From: a virus
IMG/VR virus record: IMGVR_UViG_3300020048_000014
Location: 132,722-196,721 of that record
DNA: 64,000 nt
Reading direction: 5' to 3' (one strand)
Shown here: piece by piece, positions 1 through 9,578 of the stretch
Numbering within the stretch: position 1 is the first letter of the stretch
Layout: each line of letters starts with the position of its first letter
Position numbers and translations under genes: made by a program
Notes under the pieces: generated by a model
Told to the model about the DNA's origin: nothing
The model's database searches: none
Seen by the model: only the letters and a program-made list of their open reading frames with translations

Positions 1-1038
1 ATTCTTCAGAATTTTTTGGATTTTATCCTCTAAATCTTCTGCTGTTGTAAATCGTAAGAAATCTGGAGCGGTTGAATATGTTACAAGATCTTGACATAAA
101 CAAGGAATACCTAATTGTGCAGCTTCGATAAATTTAATGTCGGATTTTGACTTATTAAAGTTATTGTCTTGTAGTGGAGCAATGAATAATTGAGCATTCA
201 AAGAAGCTAAGAATGTGGGGTATTCGAGGAGGTTTTTCCATGGGTGGAACTCAATCTCCCTAGAGACAACATAAGGCTGTAGAGGTGGCGGATATGCGCC
301 AATAAAGACAAACTGATACTTGTGACGATTATCAATAATAAACTTAACGACATGTTCAAAATCATCCTTTTGACCGACCGCATTTTTCATGTCAAAATGT
401 GCTCCTGAACCAGCGTAGACGATTCTTGGTTTCTTTTTAAACTTATCGAAACTATTACAAATCTTCTGATAATCATATTGATGCCCTATCCACCAATAAG
501 GCATAAAATTAGGAACTGCGGTGATTTCTTTCTTTCCGGTTTTTTCGATATAAAGATCACGCATGAATTTACATGTTACTGTGACCTCATCAACCATGTT
601 GATCATATCGACACAATTTTGACGAATACTATCATCGTCAAAACCGTGCTTGGACGCATTGTAATCAGGAATTTCTTCACGGAAAACGACATCATCTACT
701 TCATAAATCAATTTGAATCCCATTTCTGGTTGAATCGATTTCAGGAATTTTATAAATTCCTTCTGATGATCTGATGCTTGTCTTTGGAGAGTGATTGTTT
801 TAATATCTCGGTAAAAGGATTTATCTAAAACCATTTTAGTAGTAGACATTGAATCCCCAATACCTGTCATATTTATATGATTTTCGACGAATCCTCTGCG
901 ATAACTCGCACATCCATCACGACCAGCCAAAAAATTCAAATACCTATTCTCTTTAGGCTGCTGATGTTGAATAATTGAAATATTATTCTGATATGGATTA
1001 CTAGGAAAAGGATTTACAAAAGGTGAATTTGAAAACAT
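1..1038 (-). CDS. Glycosyltransferase (GT-B/GT4-like), runs off the window edge (3' partial)
   Basis: Not in the ORF track because it has no stop in the window. Manual translation from ATG at 1038: MFSNSPFVNPF...EIEFHPWKNLLEYPTFLASLNAQLFIAPLQDNNFNKSKSDIKFIEAAQLGIPCLC; the FN..KS.IK..E motif is typical of phage GT-B enzymes. TAAATA-N5-ATG upstream. Confidence 0.8.
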   Translation of the reverse strand, partial: MFSNSPFVNPFPSNPYQNNISIIQHQQPKENRYLNFLAGRDGCASYRRGFVENHINMTGIGDSMSTTKMVLDKSFYRDIKTITLQRQASDHQKEFIKFLKSIQPEMGFKLIYEVDDVVFREEIPDYNASKHGFDDDSIRQNCVDMINMVDEVTVTCKFMRDLYIEKTGKKEITAVPNFMPYWWIGHQYDYQKICNSFDKFKKKPRIVYAGSGAHFDMKNAVGQKDDFEHVVKFIIDNRHKYQFVFIGAYPPPLQPYVVSREIEFHPWKNLLEYPTFLASLNAQLFIAPLQDNNFNKSKSDIKFIEAAQLGIPCLCQDLVTYSTAPDFLRFTTAEDLEDKIQKILKN

Positions 1039-1063
1039 GTCGATATTTATTCGACATGTTTTC
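1031..1063 (-). promoter_or_regulatory. Perfect 13-bp inverted repeat with the late promoter TAAATA in the loop and the glycosyltransferase ATG in the stem
   Basis: GAAAACATGTCGA-TATTTAT-TCGACATGTTTTC. Confidence 0.7.
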
Positions 1064-1073
1064 TATGTCAATA

Positions 1074-1736
1074 TCAATCTCCATCTCTTCTCTGCCATGC
1101 CGGGACTCTTGGTGGGGGCATACTACTATCCAAGTCGATTGATCTTGTTCTAGGTTTATTACCTGCCATCATATCGGCCATTAGTCTTGCATTTTTAGCT
1201 TTTTCTCTAGCTTCTTGGTCTATCGCGGATAATTCATCTTCGCCCAATTCATCTTTAACAAACTCATCATATGATTTAAATTCATCTTCTTTTCCACTAT
1301 ATAAATTAGGATCAAATTTATATTCGTGATTATAATCTTTTATACGATCTAAAATAGCATCAATAGCAGGTTTATATTCGGGTCTAAAATTTCTATCCCA
1401 TGTACTAAAAATTTTAAATTTTGGCCATAATCTAAATTTAGTCTGCCCTGAATAACCTAAATTGTATATATCGTCAAATGAATCAAAATTATGTATCAAA
1501 TCTGGAACATCTTCTAAGTTATTATTTGTTATATACCTTAGTAATGTACTATGTCCTATTATTTGTTTAGACATTAAAAATTTACCATTCATATACATGA
1601 GTCCAGTATAATTACCAAGATCTGAATTATCATAACTATAATAGTTATCTCCTAAAGTGAGCGTATCTGGATTTTCTTTTATAATACGAGTATTATACAA
1701 ATTATATAAAAAATTATTTTCTTCGGAAAGTAGCAT
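1074..1736 (-). CDS. Hypothetical protein, late (possible head-associated protein)
   Basis: 220-aa ORF; TAAATA-N5-ATG; N-terminal MLLSEE. Confidence 0.6.
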   Translation of the reverse strand: MLLSEENNFLYNLYNTRIIKENPDTLTLGDNYYSYDNSDLGNYTGLMYMNGKFLMSKQIIGHSTLLRYITNNNLEDVPDLIHNFDSFDDIYNLGYSGQTKFRLWPKFKIFSTWDRNFRPEYKPAIDAILDRIKDYNHEYKFDPNLYSGKEDEFKSYDEFVKDELGEDELSAIDQEAREKAKNARLMADMMAGNKPRTRSIDLDSSMPPPRVPAWQRRDGD

Positions 1737-1749
1737 TAATATATTTATC

Positions 1750-3552
1750 TCAATCCACTAATCTTCTAGTAATTTTTCCAGATTTCTCCAACAAGATTAA
1801 TTCTCCGTCAATTTTATCTTTTACTTCTTTTCTATGAGAAATCAGGTAAACACAAGTATCGTTTTTATCGATTCTATCTTTAATAACATTCAGAATCAAT
1901 TCTACTCCAAGTGAATCTAATCCACCATCTAGTGCTTCATCATAAAATTCCACATTAGAACTTACTTGATTAATCTTTCTTCTCATATCAGAAAAACTAA
2001 AGGCACAAGCAAAATCTAATGATTTCTTTTCTGCGCCTGATGCATTCTTATATGAAAATACCTTACCATCTGCTGTAATAATTTCCTCAAAATATTCATC
2101 AAATTTGACTCGAACATTTAATCCAAGTTCGATAAGATATTTTTCAATTGTATTATTGAGTAGGTCGAGTAATTTCTTGACGACGAAGCTTTTGACCCCT
2201 TCTTCACCTAAGATAAACTTACATATATCATAATCTGCGAGTTTTTGCTGAATTTCTTGTAAAGTTTTTGATTCTTCTTCATTTCTATCCTCAGTATCCT
2301 CGATGCTGTTGTCAAAAGAATCAAGAGATAGTGATGATGTCTCTATGTCATTCTCAATATCGGTCAAAGAATTGGTTAATGTGATCAAAGTTTTGTTTAG
2401 ATTTTTGACTGCCATTATGTCTTCCTTAATCTGATCCAGTCTTTCCTCAATTTCTTTACTCTTAATAAGTAATTTACTTTTTTGAACCTTAAATTTATCA
2501 AGTTCTTTCTTCGATTCATCTAAATCATTCTGGTATCCTCTAACAATGGATAATAGATCTTCTTTCTTCTTCTCTAAATTTTCTACATGCGAGTGTTCGA
2601 TTTCTTGGAGACATTTATCACACTTTACACCCTCGTTAATATTCGACAACTTCTTAATGTTGTCATTCCAAGCATCAATCTGAAATCCTTTATGGGATAT
2701 CCAGAACTGTAAGTCTGATAGCTTCTGTTCAATATCTTCCGTTGCTTTCTCTACCTTGGAAAGATCGCTTTCTAATTTAGATGTGTCTTCTATGGATATA
2801 TCTCCAATTTCAGATTGGATGGTATCTATTTGTGACACCAAATCATCCTTCCTCTTTTGTAGAACAGCATCTCTTTCATCAATCTGTTTCCTGATGATCT
2901 CTTTCTGCTCGATTAAAGACTTTAAACTCTTCTCAATTTCAGATACCTTCGCTGCCGATACATCCTTATCCTTTTTAGCATCGGATATCATTTTCTTGAG
3001 ATCTTTTAACATGATCCCGAAGACATCAATATCGAAAATGCTCTCGATAAAGGATCGTTTATCCTTAGCTTCCATCTCCATGAAAGGAATAGTGTCTCGG
3101 ACAGTCATAATATCACAACATCTGTGAATATTGGCGTTGGTGGAAAGTAGATCGCAGATATACTTATCTGTTTCTTTGATACTTGATTTTGTTATATCGA
3201 CATCTCCTAGGAATAACTCAACCTTAGATGCTTTTTTGACATATCTTTTAATAGTATATGATTTTGTTCCTTGAGTGGTTTCAACATCAAACTCTAAAAC
3301 AATAAGACCGTCTTTATTTGTAACATTATTTCTGACAAATTCTGACTTGATTTTATTGATAGTTTCACCAAACAAAGCAAAGAAGTGTGCATTGGCAATG
3401 ACGGTTTTACCTACTCCATTTTTGCGGTCAGGGATATCAGAATTCATACCATCAATTTGGTTTAATCCTTTTTTGAATTCTATTTGAATTATATCATTGC
3501 CAACACTCAGGAAATTCTGAATTTTTATAGTTTTATACTTAATTTTTTTCAT
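1750..3552 (-). CDS. 46: gp46-like recombination endonuclease ATPase subunit (SbcC/Rad50)
   Basis: IQNFLSVGN start, Walker A NGVGKT, long coiled coil with CDKC zinc hook, SGAEKK signature, FYDEALDGGLD Walker B, LISH; next to gp47. Confidence 0.95.
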   Translation of the reverse strand: MKKIKYKTIKIQNFLSVGNDIIQIEFKKGLNQIDGMNSDIPDRKNGVGKTVIANAHFFALFGETINKIKSEFVRNNVTNKDGLIVLEFDVETTQGTKSYTIKRYVKKASKVELFLGDVDITKSSIKETDKYICDLLSTNANIHRCCDIMTVRDTIPFMEMEAKDKRSFIESIFDIDVFGIMLKDLKKMISDAKKDKDVSAAKVSEIEKSLKSLIEQKEIIRKQIDERDAVLQKRKDDLVSQIDTIQSEIGDISIEDTSKLESDLSKVEKATEDIEQKLSDLQFWISHKGFQIDAWNDNIKKLSNINEGVKCDKCLQEIEHSHVENLEKKKEDLLSIVRGYQNDLDESKKELDKFKVQKSKLLIKSKEIEERLDQIKEDIMAVKNLNKTLITLTNSLTDIENDIETSSLSLDSFDNSIEDTEDRNEEESKTLQEIQQKLADYDICKFILGEEGVKSFVVKKLLDLLNNTIEKYLIELGLNVRVKFDEYFEEIITADGKVFSYKNASGAEKKSLDFACAFSFSDMRRKINQVSSNVEFYDEALDGGLDSLGVELILNVIKDRIDKNDTCVYLISHRKEVKDKIDGELILLEKSGKITRRLVD

Positions 3553-3925
3553 CGTATGCCTTTTTAACTCTCTGAACAGTTGAGATACCTTTTCCGGTAT
3601 GTTTAGCTATTTTGCGAATACTTATATTATCCAATAAACATAAATGTATATCTGGATGTTTTTCCAAGAGATTATCACATATTTGCTCTCTTTTCATCGA
3701 AATTCCCTTGGGTCTTCCAAGCTTAATTCCATCTCTTTTTAATTTCTCTAAAGATTTTTTTATTAAAATAGAATGATTGGTAAAATTTAAACCATGTATT
3801 AATCCATGGCATTTACCACATAATCTGATTGTTTTTTTACCTCCTAAACTTCTCGGAATAATATGGTGTCTATGTAACTCAACAATACTTCCACATTCGA
3901 AACAATTATCATTTGCATCGTTCAT
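3539..3925 (-). mobile_element. Free-standing HNH endonuclease with C-terminal HTH, inserted between gp47 and gp46
   Basis: CFECG..ELHRHHIIPRSLGG...LCGKCHGLIH plus SIRKIAKHTGKGISTVQRVK; overlaps both flanking genes. Confidence 0.8.
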
Positions 3926-4928
3926 ATAAATCTTTCAAAATTGAGTCCACTCTAATACTTTGGTCATTTTTCAGTTTTAATTCTTTAGTAAATTCGTCAA
4001 ACATATCTGGAATATTGATAGAATCGATCTCCTCAACGTTGTCGATGGTAGACTTTGCCACATTATGCTCGATAATCAAGCGATAAGGTGAGAACTTCCC
4101 AAGATAAGCTTTAAACTTGTCTAATTTTTTGTCATCTACCTCCAAATCAACAACCATCTTGACGAAGTTATTCTTCACATCGTCTCCAGTGATTGATTTT
4201 ATTTTAGATAGATTGAACTTTTTAAACTTTGGAGATACAATGTTTTCAAAAAACTCAAGCTCACCCGTTTCAACATCTAAAATATGATAACCTTTCGCAT
4301 TATCAACATCTGCGAAATCCATGGGGAAAGTATTGCCAACATAATGAATCATACCCTCGTTATAAATTCCATCACTTCTTCGGTGGAAGTGTCCAGAAAA
4401 TACTCTATTGGTCCTAGATGCTAAGAAATCAATTGGTGATAATCCTTTATCACAGACTTTAAAATTATTCATTTTGAAACTGACAATCTCAAAATGCCCA
4501 AACATATAGTCATACTCCCCATCTGGGAGTTCATTATTCCAAGGGACGAAAGCAAACTTCTTTCCATAATCTTCGAATTCTAAGTTATGATCAATAATCG
4601 TAATATTAGGATACCCCGCAGCTAATCCCATGCTATGAATATCGGATCTATTCTTGTAAAAGGCATCGTGATTACCGATCACGCACAACATATTAAAATC
4701 CTTGAATTTATTGAGGATTTCTGATGCTACGTGAAGAGTCTGAACTGATATTTCAGACCGATTATCGAAGAAATCTCCAAGAAAGAAGATATCTTTGATT
4801 TTTTTATCATGTAATTCTTCGACAATCCAATCAGCCCATGTTAAGGCGATCTTATGCCAGTCTTCAGAATTATTGTGAATTCCAAGATGAAGATCGGAGA
4901 ATATTGCTACTTTAGATTTTTTTAACAT
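3909..4928 (-). CDS. 47: gp47-like recombination nuclease (Mre11/SbcD metallophosphoesterase)
   Basis: FSDLHLG, LGDFFD, GNHD, FGHFE, FSGHFH, YVGN motifs. Confidence 0.95.
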   Translation of the reverse strand: MLKKSKVAIFSDLHLGIHNNSEDWHKIALTWADWIVEELHDKKIKDIFFLGDFFDNRSEISVQTLHVASEILNKFKDFNMLCVIGNHDAFYKNRSDIHSMGLAAGYPNITIIDHNLEFEDYGKKFAFVPWNNELPDGEYDYMFGHFEIVSFKMNNFKVCDKGLSPIDFLASRTNRVFSGHFHRRSDGIYNEGMIHYVGNTFPMDFADVDNAKGYHILDVETGELEFFENIVSPKFKKFNLSKIKSITGDDVKNNFVKMVVDLEVDDKKLDKFKAYLGKFSPYRLIIEHNVAKSTIDNVEEIDSINIPDMFDEFTKELKLKNDQSIRVDSILKDLYERCK

Positions 4929-5229
4929 CTATTTTAATTTCATTTAAATTTTTTCTTTCCGTTTTACATATAGAAAAAACACGATCAAGCATCCTATTGG
5001 CATTTGCTAATAACTTATATGTTCTAAATTCTTCCAGTAAATCATATAATTTAGACATTCTGATATATTCACCATCGGTCTTTTCTTCATCTAAACGATT
5101 TATAATATCATCAACCGATTTCAAATGTCCCCATTCCAATGAATAAGGAATCCGGGTAAATTGGGATTGATGTTGAATCCAATATTTAACTCTATCTTTC
5201 TCAATGATGAATATCGGTTGTTTACTCAT
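4912..5229 (-). CDS. Hypothetical protein
   Basis: 105-aa ORF overlapping both neighbours in the operon. Confidence 0.6.
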   Translation of the reverse strand: MSKQPIFIIEKDRVKYWIQHQSQFTRIPYSLEWGHLKSVDDIINRLDEEKTDGEYIRMSKLYDLLEEFRTYKLLANANRMLDRVFSICKTERKNLNEIKIDVKKI

Positions 5230-5528
5230 GATATTAATCGATTGTATTCTTCTTTATACTCGTCAGTATACTCTATATCAAATTCATCAAAATTACAAAA
5301 CTCTCCATCAATTCTTTCTTCGCCGGGTTCTGAAAAATTTCTTTCATTTGGATTGTCTTCACATACTCTAATACCAACAAAACAAGCTGCTGGATATACT
5401 GAATTTTTAATATCTTGATATTCCTCAACTGTCATTCTACGAGATTTATATTTAGAATCTTGATAAAATGCTTCAGTTCCTTCTTTAAACCATTCTTCTG
5501 GTTTGGATATAAATTTAACGTATTTCAT
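5226..5528 (-). CDS. Hypothetical protein
   Basis: 100-aa ORF with coupled ATGA overlaps. Confidence 0.6.
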   Translation of the reverse strand: MKYVKFISKPEEWFKEGTEAFYQDSKYKSRRMTVEEYQDIKNSVYPAACFVGIRVCEDNPNERNFSEPGEERIDGEFCNFDEFDIEYTDEYKEEYNRLIS

Positions 5529-5986
5529 TCGTAATCTCCATCGTTTTCATCACTATCCATCATCGGCTTAACATAAACATGTCCTTGGGTGGAAGGATCG
5601 TGCATTGCTTCTTCATACATAATTTGTTTATACTCTTCCAATCCATCATGCTGCTTCTTTTCCTTTTTAATTCTGTTGGAAAAAGCATTCCAAGCAATCT
5701 GGTTGAAGTATGAGAATGGATTGAATTCTGAATCCAATCTGAATTTTTTCGATTCTAATGCGGCATACATTTTAACGATTGCATCCCCAACCATGTCTTC
5801 GCGCCAACTTTTAGTATAATTCAAAAATCTCCAGTTATAACTAAGACCTTCTGCGATCTTAACCACGTTTTCAGCCAACTCATTTGTCATTTTATCACTA
5901 GCATAGTATATTGTTAATTGCTCACGAAATAATTTTGAGTTTACATAAAATTTTTCCTTAATAGTTTGCTCCACGATCACAGCCAT
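5525..5986 (-). CDS. 55: gp55-like late-transcription sigma factor
   Basis: FYVNSKLF, IAEGLSYNWRFLNYT..WREDMVGDAI, NPFSYFNQIAWNAFSNRIKKEKKQ; synteny with gp47/46. Confidence 0.93.
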   Translation of the reverse strand: MAVIVEQTIKEKFYVNSKLFREQLTIYYASDKMTNELAENVVKIAEGLSYNWRFLNYTKSWREDMVGDAIVKMYAALESKKFRLDSEFNPFSYFNQIAWNAFSNRIKKEKKQHDGLEEYKQIMYEEAMHDPSTQGHVYVKPMMDSDENDGDYE

Positions 5987-7389
5987 ACCTCCGTTTCTTT
6001 ATATGGTATAATTTGTTCATCGTAAAATTGTTTTCTGTGTTCTATATGTTGCATTGAATACTTAAGGTTATCACAGATATCAATCAAAGTCAATTTATTT
6101 TTCGAATCGTGTAATCTTAATCCTCGTCCGATAGATTGAATGATTCTAATAAAACTTTTACCACCAGCTAAAAACATGATATAATGAATATTTTTAATGT
6201 TGATCCCTGTAGAAAATATGGAAGACATTGCAATAGTGATTATATTGTTTTGAAGTTCCATCTTTTTAATAATTTCCCGTCTTTCTTCAACGGGCATTCC
6301 ACCATGAACAAAGTATACTTGTTTGCCTTCAATAGAACTTAACAAGTCTAAAGTATCCATACCATGTTCAATATGATTGACTAGAATTAATGTATTATTT
6401 GTTAATTTGGATGCAATCTTTTTAACTATAATATGTCTTGACTCAGATTTATAAACATATTTTAATTCCTGTTTATAATCCATCTTTGGAGGATTATTAT
6501 GATTCAATTTTACTATCTTTATACAAGCTTCTGTTAAGTATCCAGCATCTCTTAATTCTTTGCTTTGTTTTTCAAAAATTATAGGTCCGAATGTTCCGAT
6601 AATTTTCCACCTGTCTATATCTTCCTTTGGTAAGGTTCCAGTGAACCCATATTTATGATGAGTTTTTATTTTAGATATATTCTTAGCCAATTGGCCAGAA
6701 TTTCTAACTTTATGACACTCATCTTGAATTAATAAATCAACATTTTTAATCCAAGGATGTTTATCGAACGATGCGCAAAAGTTTTCAGTATTGCAAATAA
6801 CAATTTGAGTATTCTGTAAAGGATTTTTTCCCGTCCACCCTGAATGGGTGAAAGTGACGCCATATTCAATAAAATCGTTATTCAACTGTTCGACAAGTGA
6901 TAGTCCGGGAACTAGAATCAGGCATTTAAAATTATCAGAACACTGAGTCATTTTGATATTCTCAATTAACGAAGCAGTCAACATAGACTTGCCTGATCCG
7001 GTGCTACTTAGCACCGTGCCACAACCACTCTCTAAGGCATTTGAGACAGCTTCTAGTCCATAGTCTCTATGTTTAAGTTTAAGCCCGTCAAAAATGGTTT
7101 CGACATGAAATCCTATATCAACATTTGAGGTATAATTATCGGTGAATTGATAATCAATTTTATTATCGATCAAATATTGAATAATCTCTTCCCGTAATCC
7201 AAAATCAAACATTCCCGTTTTAGGAATTGCGTATTCCCGATCAGGAATGAAATTATTTCTCGCTTTTTTTCGAAGCAATCCAATATTTGGGATTTTGACA
7301 GAGAAATGTTTTCGGATTTTTTCTAAAGTGATAGAATCAGTTAATAGTTTTCCCCTACTATAAGACTTATTGTAATCGATAATAATCAT
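5977..7389 (-). CDS. uvsW: UvsW-like SF2 DNA helicase
   Basis: STGSGKS, QDECH, GFTGTL, FSTGINIKNIH, QSIGRGLR. Confidence 0.92.
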   Translation of the reverse strand: MIIIDYNKSYSRGKLLTDSITLEKIRKHFSVKIPNIGLLRKKARNNFIPDREYAIPKTGMFDFGLREEIIQYLIDNKIDYQFTDNYTSNVDIGFHVETIFDGLKLKHRDYGLEAVSNALESGCGTVLSSTGSGKSMLTASLIENIKMTQCSDNFKCLILVPGLSLVEQLNNDFIEYGVTFTHSGWTGKNPLQNTQIVICNTENFCASFDKHPWIKNVDLLIQDECHKVRNSGQLAKNISKIKTHHKYGFTGTLPKEDIDRWKIIGTFGPIIFEKQSKELRDAGYLTEACIKIVKLNHNNPPKMDYKQELKYVYKSESRHIIVKKIASKLTNNTLILVNHIEHGMDTLDLLSSIEGKQVYFVHGGMPVEERREIIKKMELQNNIITIAMSSIFSTGINIKNIHYIMFLAGGKSFIRIIQSIGRGLRLHDSKNKLTLIDICDNLKYSMQHIEHRKQFYDEQIIPYKETEVWL

Positions 7390-7448
7390 TAATAATAAAG
7401 AGTTATTGATGTGGTTGGCATATTATTTTATCGTTTCAAAATTCATAA

Positions 7449-7865
7449 TTAAAACGATTCGGTCTGTAAGGTATGTGCGGCTATCAAGTTTTTAATATCC
7501 TGTGCGATATACGTATACATTTTCACACTAGCTTCTAGATATTCTACTAGGAATTCACAATCTTTTATTTGTTCATTGATGGATTCCAACTCGTCAGAAT
7601 TATCAATAGCAGTCAACATCGATTTATCTAAATTAACAGGAGATTTAGATCCTGCAATTAATTTATCAATTACTGCTTGTTTGAGTAATTTTTTTTCTTT
7701 TTGAAGTTTAAATAAATCTCTTTTCATATCAAAAAGCCTAGCAACAATCCACTGTTTTCTTCCAATTGCTTGCTTGGTCTTATCTCCAATATTCATTAGA
7801 TCGATAGAGCACCATTCAGCAGTGTCTTGCTTAAGACGGTCATATTCTTTTTGATAATCTTTCAT
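7449..7865 (-). CDS. uvsY: UvsY-like recombination mediator
   Basis: 138-aa helical protein immediately upstream of uvsW, C-terminal VEYLE...DIKNLI pattern. Confidence 0.6.
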   Translation of the reverse strand: MKDYQKEYDRLKQDTAEWCSIDLMNIGDKTKQAIGRKQWIVARLFDMKRDLFKLQKEKKLLKQAVIDKLIAGSKSPVNLDKSMLTAIDNSDELESINEQIKDCEFLVEYLEASVKMYTYIAQDIKNLIAAHTLQTESF

Positions 7866-7892
7866 ATTTTATTTATTATTAAATAATAACAT

Positions 7893-8144
7893 ATGAGCTT
7901 AAGATTGTCAACATTAGAAGAACAAAAACTCGCAAATCTTTATCAGGAGATTCTTGAGGATATGTCTGCTGGTGAGGGAGGCATGTTTGGGACTCCACAG
8001 GATACCGTAGAAGACCTTGGGGAGCCAAATGGTGACAACTATGCCAAAGGCGTTCTAAGTATCCCTAAGTCGATTTTTGGAGGTAATATTATGTCAAGAA
8101 AAGGTTTAATAAAAAGAAAGACTAAAAAGATTAAAAAGTCATAA
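7893..8144 (+). CDS. Small hypothetical late protein with basic C-terminal tail
   Basis: TAAATA-N7-ATG; acidic N-terminus, ends RKGLIKRKTKKIKKS. Confidence 0.65.
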   Translation: MSLRLSTLEEQKLANLYQEILEDMSAGEGGMFGTPQDTVEDLGEPNGDNYAKGVLSIPKSIFGGNIMSRKGLIKRKTKKIKKS

Positions 8145-8165
8145 TATAATATTATATTATATAAG

Positions 8166-8187
8166 ACCAAAGCCCGCCCGCTACACC
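8166..8187. repeat. 22-bp GC-rich direct repeat, copy 1
   Basis: ACCAAAGCCCGCCCGCTACACC, identical to 9007-9028. Confidence 0.9.
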
Positions 8188-8188
8188 A

Positions 8189-8947
8189 CTATTCGACTCC
8201 AGCGTTATAATAAACTTCATCTGTTTCCATATTGCTTATTTTTACGATTTTTGTCTTACCTCTAAAGCCAATCGTTCTGGTAATTCTAACATTAGGAGAA
8301 GCTGTTGGATGTTCTGCCATTTTGGGTTTCATGGTATTTAACACATCTACCATCAATTCTTTTAATTCAGGTTGTTTTAACAACCACGACGCAACATAAA
8401 AACTCCCCTCATTTACAGAGTAGTTATTACGTTTTAGAATTGACATAGCAGTGTCAGCAAATTGCTTTATTTTGACAATAGTCTGTTGATTTGGCTTTAT
8501 TTTGTTTTGTAAACGGTTTAAAATATTAGATACGTAATCTTTAGTATATGGAGAGGTCGGATATCTATATGCATCATATGTAACTTCAGCAGCAATACTG
8601 AAAATATCATCCTCGTCAGGTGTACCCGATGAAGTAACAACTTGAATTGTAATTAAAATAGGACTACCACCATATTTTTCTACAGCTTCTTGAGCTGCGA
8701 GTCTTGTTGATCTACCGGCTGTCGAAGCCATATAAACTCCACCTAGAGAAGGCATTGAACCTTTAGAATCCCAACTTTTTTGTTTAGGGTTAGCATCAAG
8801 ACCAGTTTTTAAAATTGATCGTAAAAACACAGAAGAGGTACCGTGATACATTAATGTCGTTGGTTGAAGTCTTCTTTCAAAGAGTGTCTCGACTTTAGAG
8901 GAAGTAAAACTTTTGAGAATTTTTTCGACAAGTAAATCAAATTTCAT
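8189..8947 (-). CDS. ADP-ribosyltransferase-like / Tpt1-KptA-like protein
   Basis: MYHGTSS...LKTGL...GGVYMA motif. Start moved from 9031 to ATG 8947 (MKFDLLVEK), which has TAAATA-N5. Ends in TAG. Confidence 0.6.
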   Translation of the reverse strand: MKFDLLVEKILKSFTSSKVETLFERRLQPTTLMYHGTSSVFLRSILKTGLDANPKQKSWDSKGSMPSLGGVYMASTAGRSTRLAAQEAVEKYGGSPILITIQVVTSSGTPDEDDIFSIAAEVTYDAYRYPTSPYTKDYVSNILNRLQNKIKPNQQTIVKIKQFADTAMSILKRNNYSVNEGSFYVASWLLKQPELKELMVDVLNTMKPKMAEHPTASPNVRITRTIGFRGKTKIVKISNMETDEVYYNAGVE

Positions 8948-9006
8948 ATTGTTATTTATAATAAATAAATTATTGAAAGAATCCAACTGTTGTTTGAAGG
9001 TTAATA

Positions 9007-9028
9007 ACCAAAGCCCGCCCGCTACACC
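9007..9028. repeat. 22-bp GC-rich direct repeat, copy 2
   Basis: Identical to 8166-8187. Confidence 0.9.
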
Positions 9029-9116
9029 CATTAACTATTTTCGATTATTTGATTATCAATAGGGAATTTGAAAATAATTTAAAATAATTTCATTTGACAG
9101 CTTATTAAGTAATAAT

Positions 9117-9578
9117 ATGAGTGATTGGATAGGAATGCCTGATATTATAGACGAAAACATACACTTTAGTATTATATATCGTACAACTAATAATATTACT
9201 GGTATGAAATATATTGGTAAGAAACAATTATGGTCAAAATTAACTAGACCTCCATTAAAAGGTACAAAGAGAAAAAGAAAAATTACTAAATCTAGTGATT
9301 ATTTGAATTATTATGGTAGTTCTGAACAATTAAAAAAAGATTTAGAATTATATGGTAAAGAAAATTTTACTAGAGAAGTATTAGATATAGCATCATGTAA
9401 GTGGGAATCAGCAATGTTGGAATTATTGTATCAATTACATAATAATGTATTAAACTCTGATGAATTTCTTAATGGAATTATTAATATAAGATTAACCAAA
9501 TGCCCATTACATTTAAAGGATAAATATAAAAATTTTAAGCTTGACTTTAGTTTTAATAATGATATCATCAATTTATAA
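9117..9578 (+). CDS. GIY-YIG nuclease, T4 endonuclease II (DenA)-like
   Basis: IIYRTTNNITGMKYIGKKQLW, YYGSS, FTREVL, LNGII. Confidence 0.8.
   Translation: MSDWIGMPDIIDENIHFSIIYRTTNNITGMKYIGKKQLWSKLTRPPLKGTKRKRKITKSSDYLNYYGSSEQLKKDLELYGKENFTREVLDIASCKWESAMLELLYQLHNNVLNSDEFLNGIINIRLTKCPLHLKDKYKNFKLDFSFNNDIINL

Noticed and set aside
478-774. Plus-strand 98-aa ORF and similar short antisense ORFs across the window (e.g. 2756, 11209, 35682, 49941, 57281)
   Set aside because: They are shadows of well-supported genes on the opposite strand or in another frame, with no motifs or start signals.
8141-8160. 20-bp perfect palindrome ATAATATAATATTATATTAT
   Set aside because: It is A/T only in an AT-rich genome, so significance is low; at most a weak terminator between convergent genes.
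8947-9031. N-terminal extension MGVAGGLWLL... of the ART-like ORF
   Set aside because: It is produced by the 22-bp repeat; the TAAATA-N5-ATG at 8947 gives a better start.
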